A stretch of 64,000 nucleotides of DNA from the NCBI RefSeq assembly GCF_964194025.1, contig NC_134480.1, forward strand, positions 9,362,001 to 9,426,000. The letters are read 5' to 3'. The position numbers and the translations under genes were made by a program. Below are positions 23,889-37,400 of the stretch, one piece after another; position 1 is the first letter of the stretch, and each line of letters begins with the position of its first letter. The stretch comes from Convolutriloba macropyga. Lineage: Eukaryota. Below the pieces are notes generated by a model. The model ran no database searches. It saw only the letters and a program-made list of their open reading frames with translations, and had not been told where the DNA came from.

Positions 23889-26800
23889 TATAATTTGTAC
23901 ATAAGTGTGTGCATTCTAAAAGAAATATCAAAGCACCAGAAAAGGACTTCCTCTGAGCAGAAGTCCCACAGAAGCTGAAAGCCCCAAAATAATTGCTGAT
24001 AAGGTAGTACAAAAGAAAAAAAAGAAAGGTGAACTTTTACTAGAAAAAGGTATCGAAAGAATTATTTTTTAATACCATAAGCTTGAGATGATCTTTGGAA
24101 CGTTTTATTGATAGCTCGTCCCGGCAAACAGGATCAGCAAAAATGCCGTTACTAATCAAGTAACTCAACAGAACGCATCCTCTCCAGGCCAATGAATTTT
24201 TATTTGAGGCTTTAGTCAGGCGTGGTCTCTGGAAGAGGCCACATGAGACGCTCCTCGTAGTGAGGCAATCCTTCACGTCACACTGATAAAGGCTGTTCAG
24301 ATTCCGAGTGCGTCGGACAATTTAGCGTCGACCAATTTCAAAACAAATTTCAATAATCCCAGAATGTATAAATTTTATTCAATTAGGATAGTAGATTCTG
24401 AGAAAAGGCAGGATACATTTCTCTCTGTTTTCTGAAAAATATCAATTTAAGCAGTTTTCTCTGCACAATATAGATACGCCGTAAATTAGAAGATGTTTTG
24501 TATCCATAGATTAAAAGACCATATCGAATTATTGGTTCAATTAACGAACGGTAATTAAGAATGAGAACGTTTCTATTCACGAACTCCCTAATTCATGCGA
24601 CCGCAAACACATGCTTTGACAAGCGTTTTACAACCTCATAAACATGAACGTCAAAAGAAAGATTTTTGTCCTAATGAAAGCCCAGGTACTTCACAGAATC
24701 TGAATTCTTCAACCTTTGATTTTGAAGCCTAATATCTGTCAGTGGTTGACAAGACCACACGAGTTCAGATTTCTTAACATTCAAATCTAAATTATTACAA
24801 GTGATCACATTTTGCAGGCAAACAAGGCCAAAACTAATTCATCTGCCATTCAGAGTTTCTGTAGAGTTCATAAGTTTTGTATCATTTGCAAACATATATA
24901 TGATAACAAATTTGCGACTATTAAAAAAGTCGTTCGTATTCATAGTGAAAACGAGAGGACCGAGTATTGTCCGTTGTTGCACAACGCTACTGATTACTTT
25001 CAAATCTGAAATGCCACATTGATGAACGCAGTCTGTTTTCGGTTCAAGAAACCAACTCAAACTGACTCCTCTCATACCATAAACTTCCAGTTTCTCAATC
25101 ATTAAATCATGATTAACGGTGTCGAATGTTTTTACTAAAGTCAAGAAAAATACAAAACTGTTTGGTTGATATGTTGAATCGTAGTTTCTCAACTATCTCT
25201 GCGACTGCCAATACTGTACAACATCTAGTTCAAAAACATCTAGTTTTTGCTAGCAGCAGACAAGATTGATGCTGGTCGATAGTTGATCACCTCAAACATT
25301 GAGCTTTATTTGAAAAGCGGAGGTACGCGTTCGTTTTGAGACAATTTGGAAAAATTCTTTGGGAATTTGGAAAAATTAAAAATCCAGTTAAGTGTGGCAA
25401 AGTAACCGGAAGCATAGATTTCAGTATTTTCACAAAAATACCATCGAGTGCATTTGATTTATTAGGATTAAGTGCCGTAATTATTTTCTCTACCTCTTCA
25501 TTACCCACTGGAATAAGAATGATTGACATTACGGCTGTTGAAAAACTAAAATTTCTTCATGTCTGATCGTATTGTTCTAGTTTATTGCCAGCAATGGTCG
25601 TGAAATACTCATTGAACAATCCAGCTACGGTCTCACCATCACCAACAGCAGCGCCACCTTCGATTCGATGTAAGATTTGTTTGACCCGATTACCTGTTAT
25701 TTTGTTTATGTCTCTGAATATATTGCCTTTTGTTAAGATTGTACATAGGACCATATTGTTATAAGGCTGATATTTCTTATTGGCGACTACCCTACTCATT
25801 GCTTTCCTGGCCATTTTGAATTCTGGAAGGAGTTTTGATTGTCTGCTTGACTTTTCGAATTTACTTTTTCTTTTTACTATTACTCGCTGAACTTCCTCAC
25901 CAAACCAAGTTAATTTTTTTTCTGCGAGACACCATTGTCTTTATTGTTGTATAAATATGGATGAAAGACACAAGAACATTTTAAAGAGATTTCTTGTCAA
26001 CATTCGGCGCTTCGTAATACTCTATGCCAGAGAGCTGTCTTTCGAGATCAAGCAAAATTCTGCTTTGACGATATTCATTGTGGAGGAAGCCAATGCGTCG
26101 CTTTCGCAAAATCCGACAATTGATGCACACTTCATATGGAGTTATGACGGATGTAGCGTAGTGATCAGTTATAGTAAGGGAATAACTTCTTTACTCAGAA
26201 ACATATATATGTTACATATTATATGAGCAATGAGAGTAGATGCTTTCTCGCCGATCAGGGTTGCTTCAGGAATGGTTTGTTCCACACCATGATATATGAG
26301 AACATTCGTTTACTTTTCAATTGGGCTGTCTTTCTTGAGTAGATCGATGTTCCTATCACCTACTAGGTATAAGCAATCAATATTTTCAGAGAATTATTCT
26401 AGAAACTTACCAAGGTCCACTATGAACTTCGCTTTAGAGGTGGATGGCGAATTTTAAATACAGCCCACAAAAAACATTTTTTTCAAATGAGTCTTACATT
26501 TCAGCAGTAAAATATTTTCAAACTCTGTGAAAAATGCTCCAGCCTTAATACAGTCATGCAGATATAAACAAGGGCTCTGATTCTCGGTTGAAAAATGTGT
26601 ATTTATCAATTTTGAAATGAGTTTCATTCGATTCGCCACCCAACCAGGTCTCTGGTTAGTATGATGATATTATATTTGAAGTGTTTGGTAACATGATTTT
26701 GAAGTTCGTCAAAACGTTTATTTAAGGACCGAATTTTGGCATGGAAAAAAGTGTAATTTGTCAAATTTGAATTACTATAGCTTTCAATGCGATGAGTATT

Positions 26801-27480
26801 TTGAGACGGATAAGGATCCTTTACTGAAAAGATTTTCTGCCTGGTTTAAAGCTCTTTCGACAATTATGTGAAACACTCTTTTTTAACACCATACAATATG
26901 TTTAGCACTGGTTTTGAATCTTTCCTATTATATACAATAATCTTTTCATTCAAGGATTGGCTAGATTTGATGGTAGGATCTCTGCTCAAAGAAAACAGTA
27001 TTCTCAAACGCAATGATGTCACATCATCATTGAGATAAATTTTAGCCGATTGAGATTGCAGGGTTTTTTTTCCTAATCAATTCAATTTTCTTCTCTTTTC
27101 GAACAAAACGAGCAATGAAAGGCCGCTTACCGCCCTTTCTGGAAAAGAGCCGATGAAATACTCTGATTTTGACTCCTTTCAAGCTTTCCCCACAGTACTC
27201 TACCACCGTGATCACGTCCTCGTATGGATCTTCGTTGTTGCCTCCATCATCCAGCCCAACAATCCTCACCTTGTCTTGCCTCCCATATTGCTGAATTGCA
27301 TCGGCCTCGAAACTTGCTTTCCCTCCAGTACTGGGGCACCCGCTTGGCTGCTCCTCTCTGAGATCTTGTCGTGAGGTCATAACCCGCAAAGTAATGGTCG
27401 GGCCAGGAAGCCCTTGGAAATGCGTTCTGGGAGCCACATCTTCGACCACACAATGCAACCATTCCTTTCACAGCCATCAC
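23889..27480 (-). mobile_element. CR1-group LINE, unit 3 continuing into APE endonuclease and ORF1 (near full length, disabled)
   Basis: RT MFANDT; APE remnants LVGDRNIDLL, STLIAHII, TITDHY (26150-26380); ORF1 QQYGRQDKVRIVG..HRL..RPFIARFV..YLNDDVT. Confidence 0.88.
26870..27458 (-). pseudogene. LINE ORF1 (L1-like RRM/CTD type)
   Basis: ORF 27042-27458 plus a frameshifted tail IYLNDDVTSLRLRIL. Confidence 0.8.
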
Positions 27481-28844
27481 CAGTGCACTTCACCATATGA
27501 TAACTCCCATTCTTGTCAGCAACTAAGGTTGACTTTTTCGTGTCCCAAACCATCGTTCTGTCTTCTTTGAAACTTTTTATTAAGTTTATCATAAGAATTA
27601 GGTAAACCTTTACTGGTGTTGTAAATCTATGCAAAAGAAGACATTCTGAGCTCCAAAAAGTCGATTAGTCTTGTATCAATTTTAACGCCGTCAATCATTG
27701 ATTGCCTCTCTTGGAATGGATTAGTTTGTTTGATTCCTCGGCAACTATATTAGCCAATATTCAAATTATTACCCATAAAATTGAACAAAAGTGACGAGAA
27801 ACAGGCTTTGGTTCCAAAAAATTTCCAACGTTCATAGACAAGTTACTAAAACAAAGTCCTCCGGCAACGAATTACTTATCAATCAAGTTTTGGACTCGCC
27901 TCGCACTAGGCTCTCTCTATCAGGGACTCCATTTTGTTAATTGAAAAAGATACAAACGTCGCCTTTGTTGATTTTGTTCTCGCTCTGAGGAGGGAAAGTT
28001 TGAATGTCCTGATATTTTCACAATTGATGAGGCAACTGGATTAAATCCACATTAAAATATATATATTGATGTAATGATCAAAGACCAAGGAAACTTGATC
28101 CCTCCCCGAATTTGCAAAAAGTAAGCTGCAGAGGTTGTGCAGGAAAGCAAAAGCTGCATATTGTTCAATCCAAAAACTTCAGAAAGATAGTGGGTTGACA
28201 CAGAAGGATACTGATTTTCATATAGATAAAATCTTACACTAAATTTCGCAACCATCGGGACATTTAAAAGGTTACTAGCTTTTGGAAAACGTATTAATGG
28301 GATCTTTTGTCTCTATTTGGCTTTGATGTATAAATTGTCCGAATATAATAACGGCGTGAAATATTTACTGGTGTATGTATATCCTTATCCCACTGGAGTC
28401 GACTGCGGAACCAGAATGATTTAAAGATTTTTATAAGGCAACTTAAATGAGTAAGTTTGATATAAAACCAAATTGCAAAGGTTTGCGAATGCCAAACTTG
28501 GGCAAAATTTTTTTAACACAATTATCAAAGATATAGGCCTAAATTTTGTGTGATTTCATGGATCGCTTCGGTTCAACATCAGACAATTTAGTTGGTAAAT
28601 GAAAGACGCTGTTTTTATTCAGAGGGAAAATGAGATGAGGGACAAAATTGCTGCACCCTCAGTGACTTTGTGCTAACCTCGCATGTCCACGCGACAGGAC
28701 TCAATGTCATAGTCCAGGTGGCAAATTAGACCACGAATCCTTTTTTGAGAAATAACAAACAGGTGACAAGATATTAGGAAAGGCAAACCAAAGCTCAAAA
28801 TCAATCAAGAGAAATTGAAACAATTTAACAAAAACAGTTTGGGA

Positions 28845-28945
28845 TCTGCATAAAAGAATGCACATCGGTGCACATAGATTGAATGCACATGAAAGAATGC
28901 ACATAAAAGATGCACATAGATTGAGATCCGCATAAAACAATGCGC
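28845..28945. repeat. Degenerate short repeat (aatgcacat core)
   Basis: tgcacat/gcataaaa recurs about 6 times. Confidence 0.6.
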
Positions 28946-29029
28946 AAAAGCAGTTTGAGATCAGCATTAGCGTAAATCAGGAAGAATTAAAAAAGCGTTG
29001 AAGGAATCGAAAACTGGTGCGCTCGAAAT

Positions 29030-29812
29030 CACATGTGCACACTAAAAACACTAAATGCATCAAAATGTAAACTTCTCTCTCTCAAAAGCAAACAAAAAGC
29101 CTCACTAAAAAATCAGGAGCTAGGAGTGGTTGATAGTCCACGGAACCTTGGTTTGATTGTCTCCGAAAATCCTAATTGGAATAGCAATTGTAATCACCGG
29201 CTTTCGAAAGCAACAAAAGCATTCTACCAAATAAAATGAAGCATGACCGACAGCGCCTCATTGAAAAAATAAATTGAATTCCTACACAGGCTATGTCGTG
29301 CCAACACTATCATACTGTCCTCAAGCCTGGCTCCCAAACAGACAGCAGATGGAGAAAATTGAAAAGCTACAAGAAAGAGCCAGTTCATGGAAGGAACTGC
29401 GAAGTGGAAGGAACTGAACCTACCACTTTTACTATCGTAACTTGTCAATAAATTCGACATCAAAATAAACTTCGAATATCAAGACTTTGAAATGACTAGA
29501 CAAAGCGCAAGAGGGGGATAAAAACAGCAAAAATCGTCTAAGGAAGGCTGATGAAAACTTCCTTTACAGAGCCAAACTACTTTACAACATCTTTTCCAAG
29601 TTCCTTCTAATTCAACACAATTATCGAGCAAAAGAACTGAGTGACATCTGGAATTTCTGAAACAAAATACGACTTTAACAACAAATTTACGCGGAGAATC
29701 TTATGTAAATATGGGATATGCAACCCAGGATCGAAAATCGATTAAAAATAGGACACGAAAACAAGGGTGCCTTGGAGCACCCCTGGGAAGACCCTAATGC
29801 CTGAACTACTAC
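29030..29812 (+). mobile_element. Decayed 5'-truncated LINE (C-terminal ORF2 + 3' UTR, ACT tail)
   Basis: RNLGLIVSENPNWNSNCNHRLSKATKAFYQIK; degenerate Cys tail KFTRRILCKYGICN; GGG/CCC hairpins; actactac. Confidence 0.75.
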
Positions 29813-30361
29813 ACAAATAACACGACTCTACCATGGAAAGTTGAAGAATTGACTCTGTAGCAAGAAAGAAAATGAACAAATTAATTGAATAGAGAACTAC
29901 CTAATGCTTAAATAGTACATGCATAGCTGGTATAGTAAATAATACATGCATAGCTGGTAAACATAAAATAGGAAAAAACTAGATGATTTGAACCAGAAAC
30001 TTTTTTTAAGCTGCTCTGACATTATTGGTAGGAGCTAAGTGAAGGAGGCTGTTAGTAGAACGATTATATGAGTGAAGAATTCAAACGTACTGGTTAAATA
30101 AAAAAATAGGCATCTCAGAACAATCTGAATTGTTTTTGGAAAACCTGTGAATTAACGGTTAATTGAATAAAAAGCCCACATGCCTACTTATTAATTATTG
30201 CGAGATCTCATTGGAACTAATTGTCTGATTCAGGACTAATGGAGTCATGTCTTAATGTTTTAAGCCATCAAGCTATCATAATGTTTTGAACAACACATAG
30301 ATCGCGGGATCAGCTATGGCCGATAAAGACATTGCCCTGAGAATGAAATCAGTTTAAATGT

Positions 30362-30620
30362 ATTGTTGTTGTTGTTGGGGATTTTCAGGTTGTCCTGATG
30401 GGATTTCTCCCTGTTGTTGGATTAGAATCTTGACCACTAATCTCGGCACAGGTGACAATCACATGCCAGCTGCCAAGAACACACGTTTCGCTCTGAGAAG
30501 TTGTTTTGACGATTTTTCATAAGCTTTATAATTCGGGTTTTGATAATCCATATATTGGAGGTGACTTGTCGCCCGCGGTGTCGACCGAAATCATTTGGGA
30601 AGAGATTTTTAAATTTCAAT
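30362..30620 (-). mobile_element. Short LINE 3' fragment with (AAC)n tail
   Basis: ORF 30437-30619 ends CSWQLACDCHLCRD*; two hairpins; (ttg)n at 30363-30376. Confidence 0.8.
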
Positions 30621-30760
30621 CTGTTGAAAATGCAGCTGAAAAATTATAGATCTATTCGCTTAGTGGGCAAGTAACTTTTACGCCCCCAATAACAACACAT
30701 AATTTGTGAGTGGCGGTCGTAAAAAACATTGAGGGGCGGGTGCGAAACAATAGATCCGAT
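30560..30760 (+). promoter_or_regulatory. Possible promoter of MFSD13A copy A (GC box)
   Basis: Locally CpG-rich, with ggggcggg at ~30733, about 0.5 kb upstream of the first coding exon. Weak evidence. Confidence 0.25.
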
Positions 30761-31221
30761 ATCTCTTGCTCAATGGCTTTTGTGGAATATTTTTTTAAAG
30801 GTGTGTGTGTATATGAAAGTTGTGTGCGGTAATAGTTATAATTTTTTCAGATAGATTAATGCTATAGTTATAAACATCATTTTCGGGAATTCGGGTAGTC
30901 TAAGTTTATTTAACGTGCTCATTTTATAATTCTTAAAATAAAGTGTAACCTGTTTGTTTTCTGACCGCAGTTTTGAACATTCGGTTGCTTTGGCGTTCTA
31001 GCTTGAAAACGTTGCGGACTTTCACCGACAATTAGCACTTTCTTCGCGTAATCAACAATTTTTAACGCTGGCCTGCTTTCAAACAAGAGTCTCTATTATG
31101 CGAAAATTAATTGAATGCTTTTAGAGCTCACATTTATAAAAACAGTTGAAACGTGATTTATTACACAAAATAATATAGAAAAATATATTCAGATTCGTCA
31201 GAGATGTTTGGTTTCAGGTGC

Positions 31222-31449
31222 ATGATGAAAGCCAAAAATGGCATTCTTTCTCGTTTCACCTTAGATAACAATTTCCTTTGTTTTGCTTTCTGCACCTTCG
31301 CGGCTAATCTTATGAGCAGCGTATTTGGTTTTTATTATGTTTACTATTTCTTGGACGTTTATAAAGTATCGCATTCGTGCTTCCAGTTTGCGCAGTTTCT
31401 CTTTTTAATTTGGAATGCGATTAACGATCCAATATTCGGTTGGATTCAG
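31222..31449 (+). CDS. MFSD13A: MFSD13A-A coding exon 1
   Basis: MMKAKNG..WNAINDPIFGWIQ|gtgagt. Confidence 0.9.
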
Positions 31450-34400
31450 GTGAGTAAAAAAAACTTCAACTTGTGATTCGTGTGAAAAATTATAATTTCC
31501 AAGGGTGTTAAATTTTGTCTCGCTCAACTAATTCATTTTGTTCTGAATAGATAGTTTGAAAACTAATACTTGAGTGTTCAGTTGATGCCTGTTTATTGGC
31601 CTTCATGGTCTTTTTCACTTTTGAATCCGCTGCTATCATCCTTTTGTTAGCTTACTGAATGAAGTTGTCTTCAGTTTGTTCCGGAGCCTATCGTGTTCTT
31701 TTAATTGTTTAATAAAAATTTTATTGGAACAATTGTTGAACATAAGTGTTTCTTCGCCAAGCGAAATATATCATCTCTTATAATGTAGACAATTGAACAC
31801 ACGCTCAATATGCTTTTTTTTCAGACAAAAACTTGTGAAATTGCTTGTTAAAAGCTGTGATAGCTAGTTGGAGCTATTATTGGCCTTCTTTTGGTTTTAC
31901 TTCGTCGTTAAGACATTTGTTATTACCAATACGGATTCCGAATGAAACGTTCTGTTGTTGTTCAATTACTCTACAGCTTGACCCAAATCTACAAAATGAT
32001 TGGATCTGCACATTCCGTGAACTTTCTTGTCCTATTTGACTTTTCGAAAGCCTTCGATAAGCTCAAACACAGCCAGCTCCTACGGAAATTACTACAACTT
32101 GATTTGTCTGAGGGAGTATTTGAATTAGTACGTGACTACTTAAGCGGTAGAACCCAAAACGTTAAAATCAACAATGTTAAAAGCGAACCCCTCGTGATCA
32201 CAGCAGGCGTCCCCCAAGGATCTGTCTTTGGCCCGCTCCTATTCTTGATATACATAAATGACCTTCCCAATGTTTTTTTTTCCTCACTTGCCCTGCTCTT
32301 TGCAGATGATCACAAGGTGATATTCAACGGAGATGACACCTCAGTACAGAAGCTACAGGAGGACATAAATAACTTACACTATTGGAGTGCTCAAAATCAT
32401 CTGTTGTTCAATAGTAAGAAATGCTCTGTAACCGAATTCAAAGTTGGAAATCGACCAAAGACTCTGAACCAGATGCAGTTCATGCTTGGTAATAACCCGA
32501 TTGAAAGTAAGGACCTCGTTAAAGATGTTGGTCTGATTGTAAATCGGCATCTAAACTGGGGAGACCATGCTAAACACCGAGTCGGCAAAGCAGTGAAGTC
32601 ACTGTTCCTTCTGCGACGAAACACTTCTATGGCTTTACCACAGGAATCAAAAGTACACTTGTATAGAGCCATTCTTTCACCAATCCTGCTCTTCTCATCG
32701 GAATGTTGGGAACTTAGAAAATCTGAATACCAGATCATGGAATCCTTCCACAAGAAAGCAATGAGATGGATCTGCGGGAGTATTGACTACAAGGACGCTA
32801 TTTTAAAATCGAATCTACTTCCACCACTTTATTTTAAAGTATTGAAAGATCTGTTGATGTTTAGTAGCCTTCTGAGCGGCAAGTATGATGTGGAATTCTC
32901 AGAAATCCGAGTTGTTGGAGAGGACAGAAGGAAAAGATTGGCACTCCCAGAGGCCAAATATGAGGTTCAGAGATTGAACTTCTGGTACAGAACGGGGTTC
33001 CGAGTGAACGTCATCCAGAAAGTGATTGACTTCTTCTGTGAGCAGCAACTGAAGAGGAAACTCATTGAATACATGTGGAGCTATTTGGAAAGGAACTGGA
33101 ATGAGCAGAATCCTTGCACATGGACATTCATTTGTATCTGTGAAAACTGTCGTGCTTATCCTAGAACCTAACAGCGGGAATAGCATCCCAGTGGCATATC
33201 CACGAAGTCATAATAATAATAATATGACGTCAGCGTTCTTTCGTTCATTCTACCCGACAGATTGCTTGTTGTCGTTTTTTAAGATATAGCTAATCTTCTG
33301 TTCATGCAAGTGAATAAATGTTTGTCTCTCTCAAATGGATTTTTTTGCACAATTCATATCACAGAAATTTTTCTCAAGAAAGCTGATGATTTCAATATCT
33401 CAATCGACAATTTTCCTTTTAAAATCTTTTCTAACAAGTCCAACTCAATGCATAAAATTGGTACTGAGTTCTCAGAGAAAATAACTGTTAGTTTGAGGGT
33501 AAAAATGACATTGTTCAGTTTGCGGATGATACTGATATTATTTGATATTAATAAAGATATTCCATTAAAAGACAGAGAATCAACTCTCATTAAATGCTAA
33601 TATCATACCAATGCAGATCTTGAGTTTTCTCTTAAAGGTGATGTTATTAAACCAACTCATGCTTGTCGTTATCTAGGAGTACAAATTGATTCAAAGTTAA
33701 CCTGAAAACCACGCTCTTTTTTAAAATTAAAATGGCTTATGTTATTCGTTGTTCGTATCTTGTAAGAAACCAAATTCCTTAAAAAGTAAGAAATGGTCAT
33801 TTCAAATCGATTGTTCTCTCTCATCTTTCTTTCAGCGGACTATTTCTCAATTTCTTACAGCAAAAATCTTGAACCGCATAAATAAGTAATCAACTGGGGA
33901 ATAAAAGTTTCATTTTCGACAAAAGTTTGATCACTCCAGTGTTCTTCTCATTTAAGATTTATCTCGAAAGTTAGCTCAATGAAACTTCAAACAGATATTA
34001 GGCACTGGGGAACATCCGAAAACTGCAGTGTCTAGTAGTCGCCCAAAAGCTGGACAGAACAAGAGAACAAATCAAATTAGTATATAAAAATAACGAAACT
34101 GAAGTGGAGTAGCAGGCCTTTGACCATGAAAAGTTTTCAAAAATGGAACAAATTGCCTCTTTCAGTAGAAACTTTACACAGTTAATCCTTTGTTTTAGAA
34201 ATGTTTGAACCAAGTTTTTGCTGGGTCAGCACAAGAAATATTCTGTTAACAGACAAATGGAAGCGTTCAAATCCCAGTTTTACCTCTGCCAACGAAGAGC
34301 CACAATTTCAAGATATTATTGATAACAATTCTGATGCCGTTATTAATTTGTTTAATTATGTTTTCTTTAAATTGTGGAGTTGAGGTCAAATGACGGTATC

Positions 34401-37400
34401 TAACTCTAATTTAAGAATATTTGAGGGCAGCTTCTACTTTTAAGGCTTTGGGCTAAATTAAGACATGTATCAAGGTAAGACAAAAACCTTTTGTTAGTTC
34501 ATTTTATTTATTTGTTTTTGCGATTATGAAACTAAGTGTACGAAGCTATCGCAGCTTTTGCCAGCTATGTTTTAGATTCATGCTCGTTCGGAAAGTGAAA
34601 AGAAACTGTCTGATAAATCGTCCTTTCTATTAAGAGGTCTTTATTTATTTTTCTAAAATCACATTACGAAGATAAAAATATACATCTGATGTGTAATTCT
34701 TAAAGTTTTTGTTCATCCTGTATCTTTAAACGTTTCAAGTTGTTCTAAATTTATTTTAATAATAAATTTGATAAGCTCGAAGTGCTTTATATTTCTAAAG
34801 GCAAGAACAACCAAAATTCAACTAGTTTTTGGGAAAGATTTTATAAATAAGCATACGAGAATTATCATGTTAAAGCTCTTTGGTATTACATTTTTTTGAA
34901 CTAAACAATCAATAAATTGCTTTTAGACTCATCCTTTTACCTCACATACATGCGAACAATGAAAGCAATCAGTGCAATTTTTGAAAGCTCTTTGTTTGAC
35001 CGGCGCAGTTGTGATGGAAAGGAAACCTATGGAAAGTATTTGATATTCTGTAAAAGGTAGTCTTGTTGAATTTTGACTTTTCTCAACCGTTTGTCGAGTT
35101 GCCCGCTTGTCTTTCGAGACCAATTTTTCCGACGTTAGTCGGTTAGTATAGCGTTGTTTTGGGCTTTGGATTGAAAATTTTATGTTCATTTTTTGATGAT
35201 GTTTATTCAGAATTGAAATTTTCCATCGTCAAAAAAGGTTTATTATAAATTGAAAACAAAGTTTTTTGAGACGATAGATTCTTGTAGTTTAATAAAAGCT
35301 CACCTTCATTGTTAACTTCCTGAACATTGGTTGATTTAAATCTAAATTAGGTATTTTTTCTCACTTAGTGGCCTCTTTTTTAACAATTCTCTACTTAACT
35401 CTCATCGTTCAATTCTCTTTCTGTAGCTTTTTCTACCTAACAAAACTGTCTGCTGATCATATCTGGTTTTTAGGGCAGTCTACTTTTGACTTGACTGCAA
35501 AAAGAATAACTCTATTTCAATCGTTTCAGATGTCACTAATGAAAGAATCGAGCTTCTAACAGAATTGAATGGGTTTGATTTCCCATCTACTTAGTGTATC
35601 TATTTAGGACCACTCGTCCGCGAAATGGATTCGATCTCGTCAGCTGAATATACTTTACGGAGCTCCCCTGTTTGGTCTCTCCTTTCTCTACGGATGGTTC
35701 CCAATTTACGAGTACTTCCCGGGAAGCAGCGAGTATTGGAAGTGTACCCATCTGGTTATCACCCTGTGCTTTTGGGATACCATGTTCTCATTCGTGCTAC
35801 TCGCGCATTGCTCGCTCTTTGCAGAGGTAAGGCTCAATTTAAAAAAATGATTCCGTTTTTTATTGCTCTCGGACGAAGTTTGACGCTTTTATTATAACTG
35901 CGAAGCTGTAAGCTGAGCGAAGCTATATTGCGGTGCTCTTGGTTTTTACGACTCGAAGAGGAGTACTGGTTTTCTCTCGGTCTTTTTTTTACAGGAAGTA
36001 GATTTATTCATGCGGCATTTTGACCTAAAAGCGAAAGTGAGAAAAGCTGTCTTGGTGAACAGATTTTCGCTAAGCGACAGAAGTTTTTTGATCATGCGCT
36101 GCGTTTAGTGAATGAATTTTTGACTTTGAAAAGTAGTTTTTGACTGAATGGCACATATAGATGACCGTTTTTAGCCGTTTTTTCGTCTAAGTGGCCCAAT
36201 TTTTTTGCTTTTAATTTGGTTTCTTGTAGAAATAAAGTTTATGCGGTACTATATTGAAATGTTGACCTCGGAATTTATGCCACAGTGTTTCGCAGAGTCT
36301 AAAAATGTGTTTCAAGTTAAAAATTGGCACATATTTCTTGATTTTTCAGTTAATTTTTGGCTTTTTTTCTATTAATTTCTTCATTTTTGGATCTTTTAAC
36401 CGTGTTTTTGTCAAAAATCAGTTAATATGGCAACTTCTCTTTGATAATTCGTATACTCAACGCCTCTTTCTCCCTCGATGTAATTTTGTTTTATAAAATT
36501 GTACATATGCTAATCCGATTTTGGTAGTTTTTTTCCGATTTTCGTCTGTTTTTTGTTTATTTTGGTTGTAATTGCTAGAAATAGTCTTTTTGTGCAACAC
36601 GAGGGAATTTAATTTCGTTTCAATAGAAATTCAATCATTTTTTGGCGTTAAGTTTTTGAAAAACAGTTAAAACTTTTTCATAAATGCGGTCTTAAAAGTT
36701 TTTTGACCATTTTTTTGCAAAATGTTCAAATGTCTCGTATTTATGAATTCTGCCTTTTGCTATTTTTTGTTCTCTTCAGGAGGATAGATCTTCGTATCGG
36801 ATTTCTAGTTATCTTTTCTATGTCTTGAATGCTGAACAATGAAATGTATTCGTTTTTCTTGAATTTTTTAAATTGATTTTTAACTTTCAAAAAACAAGAA
36901 TGTCTTTTTTTACGGTGTTCCTTACATTGTGCCCCTATTCTCAATATTCTAGTTAGTATCATTCTATTTTTGTCCTGGCACCTACATTTGCTTCCGTATT
37001 ATATTGATCTTTTTAGTTGTTTAAAATGAATGATTTCAACTTTTTCTTAGATTTTCGTCATTTCTTTGGTTTGCAATTGATTTCATTTAACATTAGGCAG
37101 TACTGAGAGTTCGATTGCAAGCTTTTTCCAAAATTCCACCTATGACTATTTACTGCAACTTTCTTCCGGCCTTGGTATTAATTTAAACGATTTTGTGCCT
37201 TTGAATATTCTTCTGCTGCCTATGTCTTTTCTATGATCAATTTAATTTTTGAATTAGTATGAAATCATGTTGTCTAGCTTATGTACAACAAGGAACAGGT
37301 GTATGTTGTTTTTTGTCTTAATTGCAGGGATTAGAAGTGTAATTATGGGTGTTTTCTGATTCTTAAATTTGAGCTTTCTGTTTTGAAGAGATTTAACTTA

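Noticed and set aside
21326-25566. Repeated small plus-strand ORFs as a gene family
   Set aside because: Antisense shadows of the triplicated LINE RT.
31850-31930. HINE in intron 1 of both paralogues as a shared pre-duplication insertion
   Set aside because: Different distances from the donor (~400 vs ~45 bp), unalignable flanks and a high family copy number favour independent insertions.
35625-35897. ORF-track proteins at 35625 and 55926
   Set aside because: Wrong reading frames overlapping real MFSD13A exons.
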